Shown piece after piece: positions 17,543-28,170 of a DNA stretch of 64,000 bases. The stretch spans positions 10,369 through 74,368 of the forward strand of contig JAZKBV010000001.1 of the NCBI GenBank assembly GCA_040388415.1, written 5' to 3'. The stretch is from Patescibacteria group bacterium. Lineage in GTDB: Bacteria; Patescibacteriota; Minisyncoccia; Phycocordibacterales; PALSA-1337. The notes below the pieces were generated by a model that worked only from the letters and a program-made list of their open reading frames with translations, was not told the origin of the DNA and made no database searches. The translations under genes and the position numbers were made by a program. The first letter of the stretch is position 1. Each line of letters opens with the position of its first letter.

Positions 17543-18265
17543 ATGTCGCACGTTTTCTCTCCAATCCAAAATCATATAGTTTCTCGCCTCAAGAATGCAA
17601 AAATGTTGCGTTATAGCGAGTTACAACAAAAAGGCGTGCCGAATGACCTTTTTAATTACCACCTTCAGTTTCTTGTTAAAAAGGGTTATCTGAATAGGTC
17701 TGATGATGGATACTCTTTGTCTGAGTCTGGCGTAAAACATGTCGCTGATTTCAATCCAGCAACAGATCATGCCGGTACCGCAAATCTCTTTAAAGTAAAT
17801 GTACTTACAGTTGTATCGCGCATCCATAACAAGAAGATCCAAATTCTCAACCAGATTCGCAAGTCGAATCCTTCATATGGCAAGATTGGCGTCATGGGCG
17901 GTGTAGTAATAAAAGGGGAATCTGTAGAAGATGCGGCAGTGCGTAAGCTCAAAATTGAGACTGGCCTTGAGGCGACATTTAAACTTGTTGGTATGCAACG
18001 TCGCACGATGTATGTAAAAGGAGAGCTTTTCTCTGATGTTATCTTTCCGATTGCCTATAGCGATGAATATTTCGGTGAATTACTTGAAGACACAGAATAT
18101 GGTCACAATATGTGGGTGGACATTGACGAGGCGATCAAGAATGAATCGGCAGAATTTGATTCAATAGTTTCTCTTAAGAAAGTTCTTCAGGCGGTAAAAG
18201 ATGGTTCAATATTGAAGATGCCTTTTTTCTATGATGAAGATACGCAGAGTGGGGAGTTGGTGTAG
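17543..18265 (+). CDS. Winged-helix plus degenerate NUDIX domain protein (probable regulator)
   Basis: 'LRYSELQ...FNYHLQFLVKKG' wHTH; GGVVIKGESVEDAAVRKLKIETGL Nudix box. Confidence 0.8.
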   Translation: MSHVFSPIQNHIVSRLKNAKMLRYSELQQKGVPNDLFNYHLQFLVKKGYLNRSDDGYSLSESGVKHVADFNPATDHAGTANLFKVNVLTVVSRIHNKKIQILNQIRKSNPSYGKIGVMGGVVIKGESVEDAAVRKLKIETGLEATFKLVGMQRRTMYVKGELFSDVIFPIAYSDEYFGELLEDTEYGHNMWVDIDEAIKNESAEFDSIVSLKKVLQAVKDGSILKMPFFYDEDTQSGELV

Positions 18266-18284
18266 TTTTAAGGCCGAAATTTTG

Positions 18285-18320
18285 CCGAGGGCGCCCTCGC
18301 TTTTTTTGTTATGAATAAGG
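18285..18320 (+). repeat. 36-bp palindromic motif, copy 1
   Basis: CCGAGGGCGCCCTCGC-TTTTTTTG-TTATGAATAAGG; same spacing as the copy at 20212. Confidence 0.7.
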
Positions 18321-18403
18321 GTTAAAGTTAGCTAAACGTTCTTACACATAACAGTTGCTTTGCAACACAACAAACGATTCCATTGGAATCCAGAAAGGAA
18401 AAA

Positions 18404-19066
18404 ATGTCGACTAAATTCAGTAGTTCTTCGTATGTTCAATATGGACTCAGGGTTAATTTTTTAGATTTAAATATAAAGGAACGATGGTCAGTTGTTCATA
18501 ATATTCTCCATTCCCTCATTACTCCTTTCGCAAGCGGTGCTATTGAATCCATAACACCCCACAGGATTTTTGGGACTAATGACGCAGAGCGTCTTTGGCC
18601 TGTGAAATTTAATTCTTACGATCGAGAATTACCGATTGAGTTCATTACAAATGAACTGGAGATTAAGAGAAAATATAAATTGGACATGAATGTCAACCTG
18701 GTTCCAATATGTGAAATGTGCACACTAAGAATGAACCGAGGTAGCAGACTGATTCAGAAATATCTATTACTGGGTAAAGAGTATCCGTTTCATTTTATTG
18801 AACTTAAACGCTATTTAAAATTAGAAAGATGTCCAGGTGGATATTATCTTCTTGATCTTGACAGTGTTAAGCGTATAACTCTTGCGCATGTTGATGAAGA
18901 ATACATAAAGAGAACCATTGGTCGTGATCATAAGATTGGTATTGCGATAATCGAGGGAGTCGTGCGTTTGTTGAATATTGCGATTGAAAATAAAACTAAT
19001 GATCTTCGATTTGTTCAAGAAAAACTTGATCTTGTCCGCGATATTTCAAAAAGGATAGAAGGTTGA
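18404..19066 (+). CDS. Orphan hypothetical protein
   Basis: About 220-aa AT-rich ORF with SD-like AAAGGA before ATG 18404; own terminator. Confidence 0.6.
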   Translation: MSTKFSSSSYVQYGLRVNFLDLNIKERWSVVHNILHSLITPFASGAIESITPHRIFGTNDAERLWPVKFNSYDRELPIEFITNELEIKRKYKLDMNVNLVPICEMCTLRMNRGSRLIQKYLLLGKEYPFHFIELKRYLKLERCPGGYYLLDLDSVKRITLAHVDEEYIKRTIGRDHKIGIAIIEGVVRLLNIAIENKTNDLRFVQEKLDLVRDISKRIEG

Positions 19067-19084
19067 TCTTTTTCGTTCCATCAC

Positions 19085-19112
19085 AACGGCAGGCTTACAA
19101 CTTGTCGTTTTT
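19085..19112 (+). terminator. Intrinsic terminator
   Basis: AACGGCAGG...CTTGTCGTT plus T-run. Confidence 0.55.
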
Positions 19113-19167
19113 CTTTACCGAAGATATCTTCACTTTCATATTTTTGATATTGGTATACACTGTATCC

Positions 19168-19599
19168 ATGACATGTATATTCTGCTCAAAACCAGAGATA
19201 AAAGCTCGTGAAATTATCAGCAATGATCTCGCGTGGGCTTTTCCGACAAATATTCCTATAACACCAGGACATATATTGATTGCACCTAAACGCTGTGTGT
19301 CCTCACTTGAAGATTTAACGGTTGATGAACGATTGGCAATATTAGGCTTGGCAGATCAAATAATGATAGCTCTTAAGCGAACCTATGGTGCACAGGGATT
19401 CAACTCGGTGTGGAATCAGGGCGTGCTCGCAGGCCAGTCAGTTCCGCATTTCCATTTGCATATCATCTCTCGAACGGATGGTGATGCAGGTGTTCTTGGA
19501 TATGATCCGCGAAGTATGTTGTATCGGACCGGTGATAGGGAACCGACGAGTGAAGCGGAACTGATGAAGATCGTTGAGAAAATTAAGAAAGCATTATAA
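19168..19599 (+). CDS. HIT-family hydrolase
   Basis: CIFC start, PITPGHILIAPK, AGQSVPHFHLHII. Confidence 0.93.
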   Translation: MTCIFCSKPEIKAREIISNDLAWAFPTNIPITPGHILIAPKRCVSSLEDLTVDERLAILGLADQIMIALKRTYGAQGFNSVWNQGVLAGQSVPHFHLHIISRTDGDAGVLGYDPRSMLYRTGDREPTSEAELMKIVEKIKKAL

Positions 19600-20192
19600 T
19601 GAACCAACTAACAATAGATACGTATAATAAGATGGCCAAAGAATATGACGATGAAACCGTCGATTTTTGGGATCGATTTCCAAGAACGTTTATTGATGCT
19701 TTTACATCTCTTGTGAAAGGCAACGCTCTTGATGTTGGTAGTGGTCCTGGCAGAGACGGTTTACTTTTGCAAGAAAAAGGTCTTGATGTAACCTGTCTCG
19801 ATGCGTCAGAAGAGATGGTTAAATTGTGTCAAAGCAAAGGGCTAAAGGCTGTCACTGGTGATTTTAATAGTTTGCCATTTGAAGATGCTTCGTTTACTGG
19901 TGTTTGGGCATATACATCACTTCTCCATATTCCAAAAGCGGATATCTCAAAACCTCTCAATGAAATCAATAGAGTATTAATCAGTGGCGGAATTTTCGGA
20001 CTTGGTCTTATTGAAGGAGATTTTGATGGCTATCGCGAGAGCTCTGGGGTAAATATGCCTCGTTGGTTCGCATTTTACTCAAAAGAGGAAGTTGAAACAC
20101 TTTTGAAATCACATGGTTTTGAGGTCATTCATTTTGAGCAATTTAAACCAGGTTCAAAGAATTATTTGAATTTTATTTGTCGTAAAAGCTAA
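19599..20192 (+). CDS. Class I SAM-dependent methyltransferase
   Basis: LDVGSGPGRD motif I, 'LDASEEM', 'LPFEDASF.GVW..SLLH'. Confidence 0.9.
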   Translation: MNQLTIDTYNKMAKEYDDETVDFWDRFPRTFIDAFTSLVKGNALDVGSGPGRDGLLLQEKGLDVTCLDASEEMVKLCQSKGLKAVTGDFNSLPFEDASFTGVWAYTSLLHIPKADISKPLNEINRVLISGGIFGLGLIEGDFDGYRESSGVNMPRWFAFYSKEEVETLLKSHGFEVIHFEQFKPGSKNYLNFICRKS

Positions 20193-20211
20193 TTTAGCCA
20201 TCTCATAATTA

Positions 20212-20247
20212 CCGAGGGATTCCTCGCTAGAACTCTTATGAAGAAGG
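20212..20247 (+). repeat. 36-bp palindromic motif, copy 2
   Basis: CCGAGGGATTCCTCGC-TAGAACTC-TTATGAAGAAGG. Confidence 0.7.
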
Positions 20248-20296
20248 AGTATATTTTTTGTTAGTAGTTTGAAAACAATGAACAAAAGAAATTATT

Positions 20297-20692
20297 ATGA
20301 GTGAAATTAATCGACACTTCGTTGCCATTGTTCTTGAATGGGGTAAGGATTATGATCCTGTGGGTTGGAGGAAGGTTGAGGAAATTAGATTAGGTAGAGG
20401 CAAGTATCCTGAAGGCTGGCATTTACCTACACCTAAAGAGTTTGAAGATGCAAATAAAGCTGGTGTTTTAGGCTTTGTATCACCTACAACCAGATATTGG
20501 GCCGCAGGTAAAGGTGATGCATTGGCGATTATCCCTGTTATACCAACAGAATATTATGTTTGTAATCGTTACGATATACAACATCGTGTAAGATTGGTGA
20601 GGTGTGTCCACATCTTCACTAATAGTTTCAAAACTAAAACCGTTGATTCACAAGTTGAATCTTCTAATTTAATTCTGGAGTTTAAGGATTAA
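20297..20692 (+). CDS. Hypothetical protein with DUF1566/C-type-lectin-like motifs
   Basis: GWHLPTPKEF, RYW and HRVRLVR match the W.LPT..EL / YW / VR.VR pattern. Confidence 0.5.
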   Translation: MSEINRHFVAIVLEWGKDYDPVGWRKVEEIRLGRGKYPEGWHLPTPKEFEDANKAGVLGFVSPTTRYWAAGKGDALAIIPVIPTEYYVCNRYDIQHRVRLVRCVHIFTNSFKTKTVDSQVESSNLILEFKD

Positions 20693-20704
20693 ATGTATCT
20701 AATC

Positions 20705-20736
20705 AAAATAGGATGACTTAATAGTTGTCCTATTTT
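20705..20736. terminator. Bidirectional terminator
   Basis: AAAATAGGATGAC...GTTGTCCTATTTT. Confidence 0.7.
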
Positions 20737-21963
20737 TTACTCATACCTCAATGCCTCGATAGGATTGAGCCTCGATGCTCGGCGCGCAGGATAATACCCA
20801 AAAACGATGCCAATAAAAGCGGAGACGCCAAAGGCGAGAAGTACTGACGTTGATGATACGCTGGTGGCCAGTATGCCTAAAGTAGTGACGATATAAGCTA
20901 CGATCCAACCGAGTGCCACACCGATGCCTCCGCCGATGACTGTGAGCGCCACTGCTTCTGCGAGAAACTGAAAACTAATATCACGACGCTTTGCACCGAT
21001 GGCTTTGCGCAGGCCAATCTCACGAGTGCGCTCGGTCACGGTGGTCAGCATCATATTCATAATGCCGATACCACCAACGACGAGCGATATGCCCGCGACT
21101 GAACCGAGAAGATAGGTAAATGTCGTAGTAATGCTTGAGGCAGTCGAAACGATGTCGGCCATATTTTGTACATTGAAATCAGATTTTGTTGGGTCTTTGA
21201 TTTTATGACGAGTATTGAGAAGGTCGGTAATATCCGTTTGAATTTGAGTCATGACACTTGAGTCAGTAGCTGAGATACTGAGCGAAGTGACGTACGCTGA
21301 ACTACCGAGCAGGAAAATCTGCGCTGATGAAAGGGGGATATAGATAGCGTCATCTTGGTTGTTTAGACCACTGGTGCCTTTTGAGGCAGTGACGCCGATA
21401 ACTCTGAATTCCATACCATTGATGCGGAGCATTTGTCCTACTGCTTCGACGCTATCGCCAAAAAGATCACTTGCAGTAGTTGGTCCGATGACGGCCACTT
21501 TTGTGCGATTTTGCACATCCTGATCAGATATGAAGACACCATCATTGACTGATGTATTGTGAACAGTTGTATATGCTGGTTGTACGCCAGTGACTGAGGT
21601 GTTCGTATTTGTACCTTTTGCTGTTACCTGGTATCGTCCAGATATTTCAGGGGATATTGCATTGATATTTTTTACGTTAGCAGTGATGGTGGCGACATCC
21701 TCTGTGGTCAATGTCTTCGCTGAGCCACGACCAGTTGAAGCACTATAGCCAAAACTACGCGTCGCGCCAGGGGAGACAGTGATCAGGTTTGCACCGATAG
21801 ATTGGATACGCGAGGTGATCGATGCTTGTGCGCCTTGTCCGATCGATACCATGATGATGACTGAGCTGATGCCGATGATGATGCCGAGCATGGTGAGCGT
21901 CGTGCGCACTTTGTTTGCGGTGAGGGCAGAGACTGTTTCGTGAAGTGTGTCTTTGATAGTCAT
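20737..21963 (-). CDS. ABC transporter permease, MacB type
   Basis: RTTLTMLGIIIG, GGIGIMNMML..VTERTREIGLRKAIGA, PIEALRYE. Confidence 0.95.
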   Translation of the reverse strand: MTIKDTLHETVSALTANKVRTTLTMLGIIIGISSVIIMVSIGQGAQASITSRIQSIGANLITVSPGATRSFGYSASTGRGSAKTLTTEDVATITANVKNINAISPEISGRYQVTAKGTNTNTSVTGVQPAYTTVHNTSVNDGVFISDQDVQNRTKVAVIGPTTASDLFGDSVEAVGQMLRINGMEFRVIGVTASKGTSGLNNQDDAIYIPLSSAQIFLLGSSAYVTSLSISATDSSVMTQIQTDITDLLNTRHKIKDPTKSDFNVQNMADIVSTASSITTTFTYLLGSVAGISLVVGGIGIMNMMLTTVTERTREIGLRKAIGAKRRDISFQFLAEAVALTVIGGGIGVALGWIVAYIVTTLGILATSVSSTSVLLAFGVSAFIGIVFGYYPARRASRLNPIEALRYE

Positions 21964-21968
21964 GATGA

Positions 21969-22688
21969 TTATGCCTTACGTTTAGCGTGTTCAATGATTC
22001 TTTTGTTATGTCCTCTACCATCTTCGACGATCATTCCATCCTTTATATAAATAATACGATCAGCGTGCTCTGCCACTTCACGCTCGTGGGTGATGAGGAT
22101 GATGGTGCAACCGAGGTCCTTGTTGAGTCGTTGAAATGTACCCAAGACGATATCGCCAGTCTGTGAATCAAGGTTGCCGGTCGGCTCATCAGCGAGGATA
22201 AGTGAAGGGTTGTTCACAAGCGCACGAGCGATGGCGACGCGCTGTATCTGTCCGCCAGAAAGCTGGTTTGATTTGTGGTTGTAGCGGTCTTCGGAAAGTC
22301 CCGCTGACTCGAGTGATTTTCGCGCACGCTTCTCACGCTCGAGCTCAGGCACGCCAGCATATATGAGGGGGAGTGTGACATTGCGCATGACAGTGGCGCG
22401 GGGCAGGAGATTGAACGATTGAAAGACGAAACCGATGCGGTCGCGACGTATGGTCGCTAACTCGTCATCAGAGAGTTTCGATACATCTTTGTTGTCGAGC
22501 TTATAAGCACCCGAGGTTGGTGTATCGAGAGCGCCGAGGATATGCATAAGGGTAGATTTACCTGAGCCAGAAGGTCCCATGATAGCCACGAACTCTCCGT
22601 CGGCGATCTCGAACGACACCCCGCGCAAAGCCTGGGTTTCATTATCTCCCATGATGTATGTCTTTTTAATATTTTTTACTTCGATCAT
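21969..22688 (-). CDS. ABC transporter ATP-binding protein, MacB/LolD type
   Basis: [33 protein letters not shown]. Confidence 0.95.
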   Translation of the reverse strand: MIEVKNIKKTYIMGDNETQALRGVSFEIADGEFVAIMGPSGSGKSTLMHILGALDTPTSGAYKLDNKDVSKLSDDELATIRRDRIGFVFQSFNLLPRATVMRNVTLPLIYAGVPELEREKRARKSLESAGLSEDRYNHKSNQLSGGQIQRVAIARALVNNPSLILADEPTGNLDSQTGDIVLGTFQRLNKDLGCTIILITHEREVAEHADRIIYIKDGMIVEDGRGHNKRIIEHAKRKA

Positions 22689-22690
22689 AT

Positions 22691-24487
22691 TTAGAGAGGG
22701 GTAGGTGGACGTGCAGCCGCGGTACCTGATGTTGTTGTGCGATTCGCTCCTTGCCTATTGCCACCAAAGAGGTTGCCGAGAAGACCACCGCTTGTCGCGG
22801 TTGCTGCTGTCGAACCTTGGGCAACAGTTGTCATCTTGGTGACAACAGCTTGTCCTGCCGTGAGACCGCTCAGGATCTCGGTGTTGGTATCATCAGCGTC
22901 GCCGATGGTAACAATGACTTCAGTTGGAGCAGTAGCAGAGGTGACAACTATGCCCATTGCTGATCGATTTGCACTTGTTGATGATGAACCAGATGTTCTT
23001 GCAAATGTTCGTGCTCCTGATGTCGTCGAGACTGTTGATGATGCAATACGGTTTCGATTAAATGATGATGAAGCCATTCCCGTATCTAATATTTGAACGT
23101 AGTGGATATTTCCGCGTGTTTTGATGGCGCTTGAAGGAACGAGAAGTACGCTGTCTTTTTGCTCGGTGACGATAGTTGCGTTGAGACTCATGCCAGGCTT
23201 GATGCGGGAATCAGTCGTGTCGATCAATATTTTGACATTATATGTGACGACACCTGAACTGACAGTGCCTACGAGATCAACGGAACTAACTGTTCCAGTT
23301 GCAGTCAAACCATCGATTGCATCAAAAGTGATTTTGACTGGCTGGCCAGCTTTTACTTTTGATGCGTCAATTTCATTGAGTGAGATCGTAGAGATTTTTT
23401 GTTCACCGATCAAAGTGGCGATGGCTGCACTGCCAGCTTGGCCATATACTGATGCACTGATTTTTCCTACAATGCCGTCGAATGGTGCGCGAATAAAATA
23501 ATTGTTGTAGGTAAGCTGTGCCTGTTCGAGGTTTAATCGTTGTGATTGGAGATCGAGCGAGTCAGTTCCGTTCAAAAGGGTAGTGAGCGAATTGGAGCTT
23601 GTTTGGATGTTATTCTGGGCAGATAAGACATTTGATACGGCGCTATTGGTTGTATTGGACCACGTGTTCACGTTTGTCGCTGCGCTTGATCCAGAGCTTG
23701 TTTCGTACTGAGGTTGTGAAGTAGTGATAAAGCTAATGGCAGTTCGGGCGCTTGTCACCGCTTCGGCAACGTCTTTTGTCATGACATACGTGTCATTCAA
23801 TAGATCATCGAGACTTGAGGTGGCACTATCGCGACTGAGTGATTTGAATGTTGTGAGAACGGCATTGTATTCTGTGAGCGCTTTATCGTAATTTTTCCCC
23901 ACTGTATCTCGATATTCGCGAGCGGTAGGGTTGAGATATGATGAACGCTGATCGCTCAAGAAGCCGGATTGACCATAGAGCAGGTCTTTCATACCGGACA
24001 TGATGGTCGGTAAATCAGTGAAGATGCTTGCGACGGCACTGTATCCATTGTCGTAGGACTTTGAAACACTGCTCTGTGCTTCAGATAGATCGGTTTCTTT
24101 TGGTGGCGTGGTCAATTTTTCCATGGCGATTTGGGCGCTCTGGAGAGAGCGTAATGCATCCGTTGAGTCGATCGTCGCCAAGAGGTCGCCCTTTTTGACG
24201 TGGTCGCCGACTGATACCTTTATCGATGTGATTGTACCGCTTACTTTGCTTGTGATATCAAGTTGGTTGAGCGCCGAGACCTGTCCGGTGCCTGTGACTG
24301 TTTGTGTGAGGGTGCCGAGTCGCGCAACACTAAGTGTGTACTGGGTCTCAGTACCACCCGCTGATATCTTCGCGTACACTTCATAGCTTCCCCCGATGAG
24401 TACTGCGAGAATGATAAGGCTCCATATTTTATGTGCACCCACAAAGGCGCATGTTTTTGCAGAATATTTTTTAAGAAATGATTTCAT
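22691..24487 (-). CDS. MacA-like membrane fusion protein with long coiled coil
   Basis: N-terminal TM, '[14 protein letters not shown]' lipoyl motif, [13 protein letters not shown], 'EILSGL.AG..VV'. Confidence 0.9.
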   Translation of the reverse strand: MKSFLKKYSAKTCAFVGAHKIWSLIILAVLIGGSYEVYAKISAGGTETQYTLSVARLGTLTQTVTGTGQVSALNQLDITSKVSGTITSIKVSVGDHVKKGDLLATIDSTDALRSLQSAQIAMEKLTTPPKETDLSEAQSSVSKSYDNGYSAVASIFTDLPTIMSGMKDLLYGQSGFLSDQRSSYLNPTAREYRDTVGKNYDKALTEYNAVLTTFKSLSRDSATSSLDDLLNDTYVMTKDVAEAVTSARTAISFITTSQPQYETSSGSSAATNVNTWSNTTNSAVSNVLSAQNNIQTSSNSLTTLLNGTDSLDLQSQRLNLEQAQLTYNNYFIRAPFDGIVGKISASVYGQAGSAAIATLIGEQKISTISLNEIDASKVKAGQPVKITFDAIDGLTATGTVSSVDLVGTVSSGVVTYNVKILIDTTDSRIKPGMSLNATIVTEQKDSVLLVPSSAIKTRGNIHYVQILDTGMASSSFNRNRIASSTVSTTSGARTFARTSGSSSTSANRSAMGIVVTSATAPTEVIVTIGDADDTNTEILSGLTAGQAVVTKMTTVAQGSTAATATSGGLLGNLFGGNRQGANRTTTSGTAAARPPTPL

Positions 24488-24518
24488 TGGTATGGTGTGC
24501 GGAGTAGCATATGGATTA

Positions 24519-25016
24519 CTAGCGTCTCATATAACTCGTGCTCCCACTGTCTGCATCAATAGGTGGCGGAGGGACGATGCGGATAAGCGAAGCGCTGATC
24601 CTTCCTTGGGCATCTGGTTCACCGATCACAATCACCGCTGATCCAACATGAATGTCAGTCGTTGATGCAGGGCCATGAAGCGAACGGAGCAAGGTCGATG
24701 TGCCAATGAGAATTATTTTTTCTGCCTCAAGCGGGCCTTTGATAGCAAATGAAGGAAAGTTGACCCCGATCACTGCGCCGAATGCGCCGTGTGGCATACT
24801 GGGGCCATCATCTATATCTCCAAAGAAAGGCGAGCGCGGTCCGCCGAACTCGCGAGAATAGTTTGAGCTCCATTGATATGAAAATTCTGTCACACGGTGG
24901 CCGACAAATATACCTGCCCCGAATATAATTATTCCAAGAAAGGCAAAGCTCATATAGCGCAACAGGGAAGCGTACTTTTCAGATTGGAATGATTTGAGAA
25001 ACTGTGAGAAGTTCAT
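24519..25016 (-). CDS. Membrane-anchored protein with OB-fold/DUF5666-like domain
   Basis: TM helix then 'DIHVGSAVIVIG...G.ISASLIRI'. Confidence 0.6.
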   Translation of the reverse strand: MNFSQFLKSFQSEKYASLLRYMSFAFLGIIIFGAGIFVGHRVTEFSYQWSSNYSREFGGPRSPFFGDIDDGPSMPHGAFGAVIGVNFPSFAIKGPLEAEKIILIGTSTLLRSLHGPASTTDIHVGSAVIVIGEPDAQGRISASLIRIVPPPPIDADSGSTSYMRR

Positions 25017-25053
25017 AAGTGTAAGATATAGAAAATTAAGCACAGATTGATAA

Positions 25054-25482
25054 TTATGCCGTTGCGTACGAGCTCGCTTTGCGTGTGCTCAACTTTGCGA
25101 AATAGTAAGCACTTCGACGCAGAGAGTATGTGCATGTCAGCACGAGTCCGAGCACGATACTCATCTCAAGGATAGGGGCTGACTCGATCATGGTAAAAAT
25201 AAATGCTTTCCATGAACCAAGAACTGACACACCATCGCTCCATCCGAGCGAAGCGAATTGGATAAAGCCGGAACTAGTTGCGGAAGCAAAGAGCTGTTGG
25301 CCTGCAGGTGCGAGTCCGATGAGGGTGGCGAGCACAAAAAAACTGTGTGCCCCCGCGCGAGTGCGGGTCTGCATCAATTGTGATCTCTGTATGCGAGTCA
25401 CAACCACGACAGCGACCCCTTTGTGAGGTTCATTGGTGGTCATATGTAAGAACAGTTTCTTGTATGTTTCTTCAGGTTTCAT
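25054..25482 (-). CDS. Putative membrane anti-sigma factor
   Basis: Immediately downstream of the ECF sigma gene; short N-terminal domain plus TM helices. Confidence 0.55.
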   Translation of the reverse strand: MKPEETYKKLFLHMTTNEPHKGVAVVVVTRIQRSQLMQTRTRAGAHSFFVLATLIGLAPAGQQLFASATSSGFIQFASLGWSDGVSVLGSWKAFIFTMIESAPILEMSIVLGLVLTCTYSLRRSAYYFAKLSTRKASSYATA

Positions 25483-25528
25483 TGTAGTGATTGTACGAAT
25501 ACAGCGGCTATTTCGGTGCATACGCTTT

Positions 25529-26104
25529 CTATGGCCGTATGTGGACCAGTGAGTCGCGTATCTTATCGAGTGATCGCCGGTGCCAGCTTTTGACCGTATT
25601 CATCGGTCGTTTCAACGTCTCCGCGATCTCCTCGAATGTCATGTCTTCGCGATAGTGCATGATGAGCACGGCGCGATGGTCTGGGTGAAGCACACTCATG
25701 GCGTTATCGAGCTGTTCTGACAACTGAGCGCGAGAGAATAGTTCAGAGGGAAGAGGTTCCGTGTCTACAACACTCTCTGCAAAGCTCGAATCATTTTCAG
25801 TGTCAGCGGTACCAACATCGATTTCAGAGAAGCTGGTCGCCTTTTTCTTTTTGATGTAATCGAGAGCGGTATTACGGGCTATGGTGAAGAGCCATGGTTT
25901 GAATTTCATGCCATTCTTGAAGCGATTGATATATTTCCATGCTTTAAAAAAAGTATCTTGAGCCACGTCTTCTGCTTCTTCACGGATACGGACGTATTGC
26001 AGGATGAAATTGAAAATATGCTTCATGTAGCGAGACATGAGTATATGGTAGGCCGTATCATTGCCAGATTTGATCTGTAATATGAGATCTTCGTCAGTAC
26101 TCAT
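25529..26104 (-). CDS. ECF RNA polymerase sigma factor
   Basis: AEDVAQDTFFKAW, FKPWLFTIARN.ALD, 'MTFEEIAETL..P.NTVKSW'. Confidence 0.93.
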   Translation of the reverse strand: MSTDEDLILQIKSGNDTAYHILMSRYMKHIFNFILQYVRIREEAEDVAQDTFFKAWKYINRFKNGMKFKPWLFTIARNTALDYIKKKKATSFSEIDVGTADTENDSSFAESVVDTEPLPSELFSRAQLSEQLDNAMSVLHPDHRAVLIMHYREDMTFEEIAETLKRPMNTVKSWHRRSLDKIRDSLVHIRP

Positions 26105-26155
26105 ATGGTCTATCATACTATAGGTTATAATAAAGGAGTAAAACTAATTTTTTTT

Positions 26156-27913
26156 ATGACACTACTCATCATTTCATTTATTGCGGGCATTCTCACTATT
26201 CTTGCGCCGTGCGTGTTGCCGTTATTGCCAGTCATCTTGGGCGGAGCAGTGGCAGAGGTCAAAAACAAACGTCGACCATTTATCATCATCAGCTCATTGT
26301 CGATCTCGGTTCTTGTTTTCACACTGCTCCTCAAAGGATCGACCGCGCTCATCACTGTTTCTCCGTCAGTGTGGAGTTATGTCTCAGCAATTATTTTTCT
26401 TGCATTTGGTCTGACCCTTATCTTTCCAGAAAGTTGGGCGCGCGTTGTGCTCAAGATTCCGGGGCATAACAAGCCTGATCGCTGGATCAGTCGCGGATAC
26501 ACGCACGGGGAATCATTCTGGACAGATGTCATCGTCGGCGCCGCTCTCGGCCCTGTGTTCACGACCTGCAGTCCAACTTTTTTTGTGATACTCGCCACTG
26601 TTCTGCCACAGTCATTGGCTATGGGCGTGATAGATCTTCTCGCCTACATTATCGGTTTAGCATTGTCGCTCCTCCTCATCTCCTTCATCGGACAGCGCCT
26701 CGTCAATCGCCTTGAGTGGCTCTCAGATCCGAAAGGATGGTTCAAGCGCACGCTCGGTTTTCTCTTTATCATCCTTGCTTGTGCGATCGCTTTTGGATGG
26801 GACAAAAAAGCCGAGGCTGGCATACTGCGAAGCGGCTTCTTTGACGTGACATCCATCGAGCAGAAATTGCATCAATATCTCGATGGTATATCAGCCGGCA
26901 TTTCAAAGACGGATACAGATGGCATATATCCAGGTGTTGCCGATAGAAATTCGGTTCGTTACACCGACATCGTTCGTCCGTCCGGCTTTGTGAATAGCGA
27001 CCCATTTACCTTGTCGAGCTTGATCGGCAAAAAAGTCATCCTAGTCGATTTCATCGACTACACCTGCATCAACTGTGAGCGTACCTTCCCGTATTTGAAT
27101 GATTGGTATGCGAAGTATAAAGATCAAGGTCTAGAAGTCATCGCTATTCATACGCCTGAGTTCTCATTTGAAAAAGATATAAAAAATGTTGCCGCCGCCG
27201 CCAAGCAGTTTGGCTTGATGTTTCCGATAGTGCTTGATAATGACTATTCGACATGGAATGCGTATGGCAACCAGTATTGGCCACATAAGTATCTTATCGA
27301 TATCACGGGACATGTCGTCTATGATCATATTGGCGAAGGGGGATATGCTGAGACTGAATCCGAAATCGTCAAAGCACTCAACGGCAGAATGAAGTTTCTT
27401 GGACAATCGGGTTCAGTCACTATGGGCTCGACAACTGTTCAGGGTGTCGCTATACAGACACAGAGCCCCGAGACGTATTTCGGCGCATCGCGTAATGAGC
27501 TTTTCGGCAATGGCTATCAAGGCACAGCGTATAAAAATAATTTCACTATACCGAGCACGTTGGACGTTAATACATTTTATCTCGGTGGATCGTGGGATAT
27601 ACAGCGTGAATATATCAAAAGCACTTCTACTGACGCGCAGCTTTCATTCGTGTTCAAAGCTTCAAAGATGTATATCGTCGCATCACCAAGTTTCAGCTCA
27701 TCAGGCACCGCTATTCCAGTCAAAGCAAAAGTGCTCATCGATGGTAAACCGATCACGTCTGCTCAGAGTGGTAGCGATGTGAAAAATGGCATCGTCACCA
27801 TCGACAGCTCACGCCTCTATAATCTTTTTTCTGATACGGTCGTAGGTGCTCATCGTATCGATATTATTTTTTCCTCTCCAGGTGTTGAAGCGTTCACGTT
27901 CACATTTGGTTAG
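26156..27913 (+). CDS. dipZ: DipZ-like protein (CcdA membrane domain + thioredoxin + C-terminal domain)
   Basis: APCVLPLLP and GPVFTTC in the CcdA part; CINC thioredoxin motif; HTPEF.FE, YWP, GEG.Y, SPETYFG, FTFG end. Confidence 0.88.
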   Translation: MTLLIISFIAGILTILAPCVLPLLPVILGGAVAEVKNKRRPFIIISSLSISVLVFTLLLKGSTALITVSPSVWSYVSAIIFLAFGLTLIFPESWARVVLKIPGHNKPDRWISRGYTHGESFWTDVIVGAALGPVFTTCSPTFFVILATVLPQSLAMGVIDLLAYIIGLALSLLLISFIGQRLVNRLEWLSDPKGWFKRTLGFLFIILACAIAFGWDKKAEAGILRSGFFDVTSIEQKLHQYLDGISAGISKTDTDGIYPGVADRNSVRYTDIVRPSGFVNSDPFTLSSLIGKKVILVDFIDYTCINCERTFPYLNDWYAKYKDQGLEVIAIHTPEFSFEKDIKNVAAAAKQFGLMFPIVLDNDYSTWNAYGNQYWPHKYLIDITGHVVYDHIGEGGYAETESEIVKALNGRMKFLGQSGSVTMGSTTVQGVAIQTQSPETYFGASRNELFGNGYQGTAYKNNFTIPSTLDVNTFYLGGSWDIQREYIKSTSTDAQLSFVFKASKMYIVASPSFSSSGTAIPVKAKVLIDGKPITSAQSGSDVKNGIVTIDSSRLYNLFSDTVVGAHRIDIIFSSPGVEAFTFTFG

Positions 27914-28012
27914 TCGTGTGCCGGTTAGTTGTGCACTGAAAATGGTTTGTTTATCAAACATTGTATTGTACAATAGTAGACATATCAGCGGTTAAGTAAT
28001 TTAATTTTCTCC

Positions 28013-28144
28013 ATGGCAAAAAGAATCACAGGCGTTGGAAAAAAGCGCGCTACACGCAGTCGCAAGACTACCAAGCGCCTCGCTGCAAAGCGTACACGTC
28101 TCGCTCCAAAGCGCGCAAAGAAAGCAAAGAAGGGCAAGCGTTAA
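28013..28144 (+). CDS. 43-aa Lys/Arg-rich small protein (below the ORF-track cutoff)
   Basis: MAKRITGVGKKRATRSRKTTKRLAAKRTRLAPKRAKKAKKGKR*; upstream TACAAT, downstream terminator. Confidence 0.7.
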   Translation: MAKRITGVGKKRATRSRKTTKRLAAKRTRLAPKRAKKAKKGKR

Positions 28145-28170
28145 AAAGTTCGAGTCGCGCTCTATATTTT

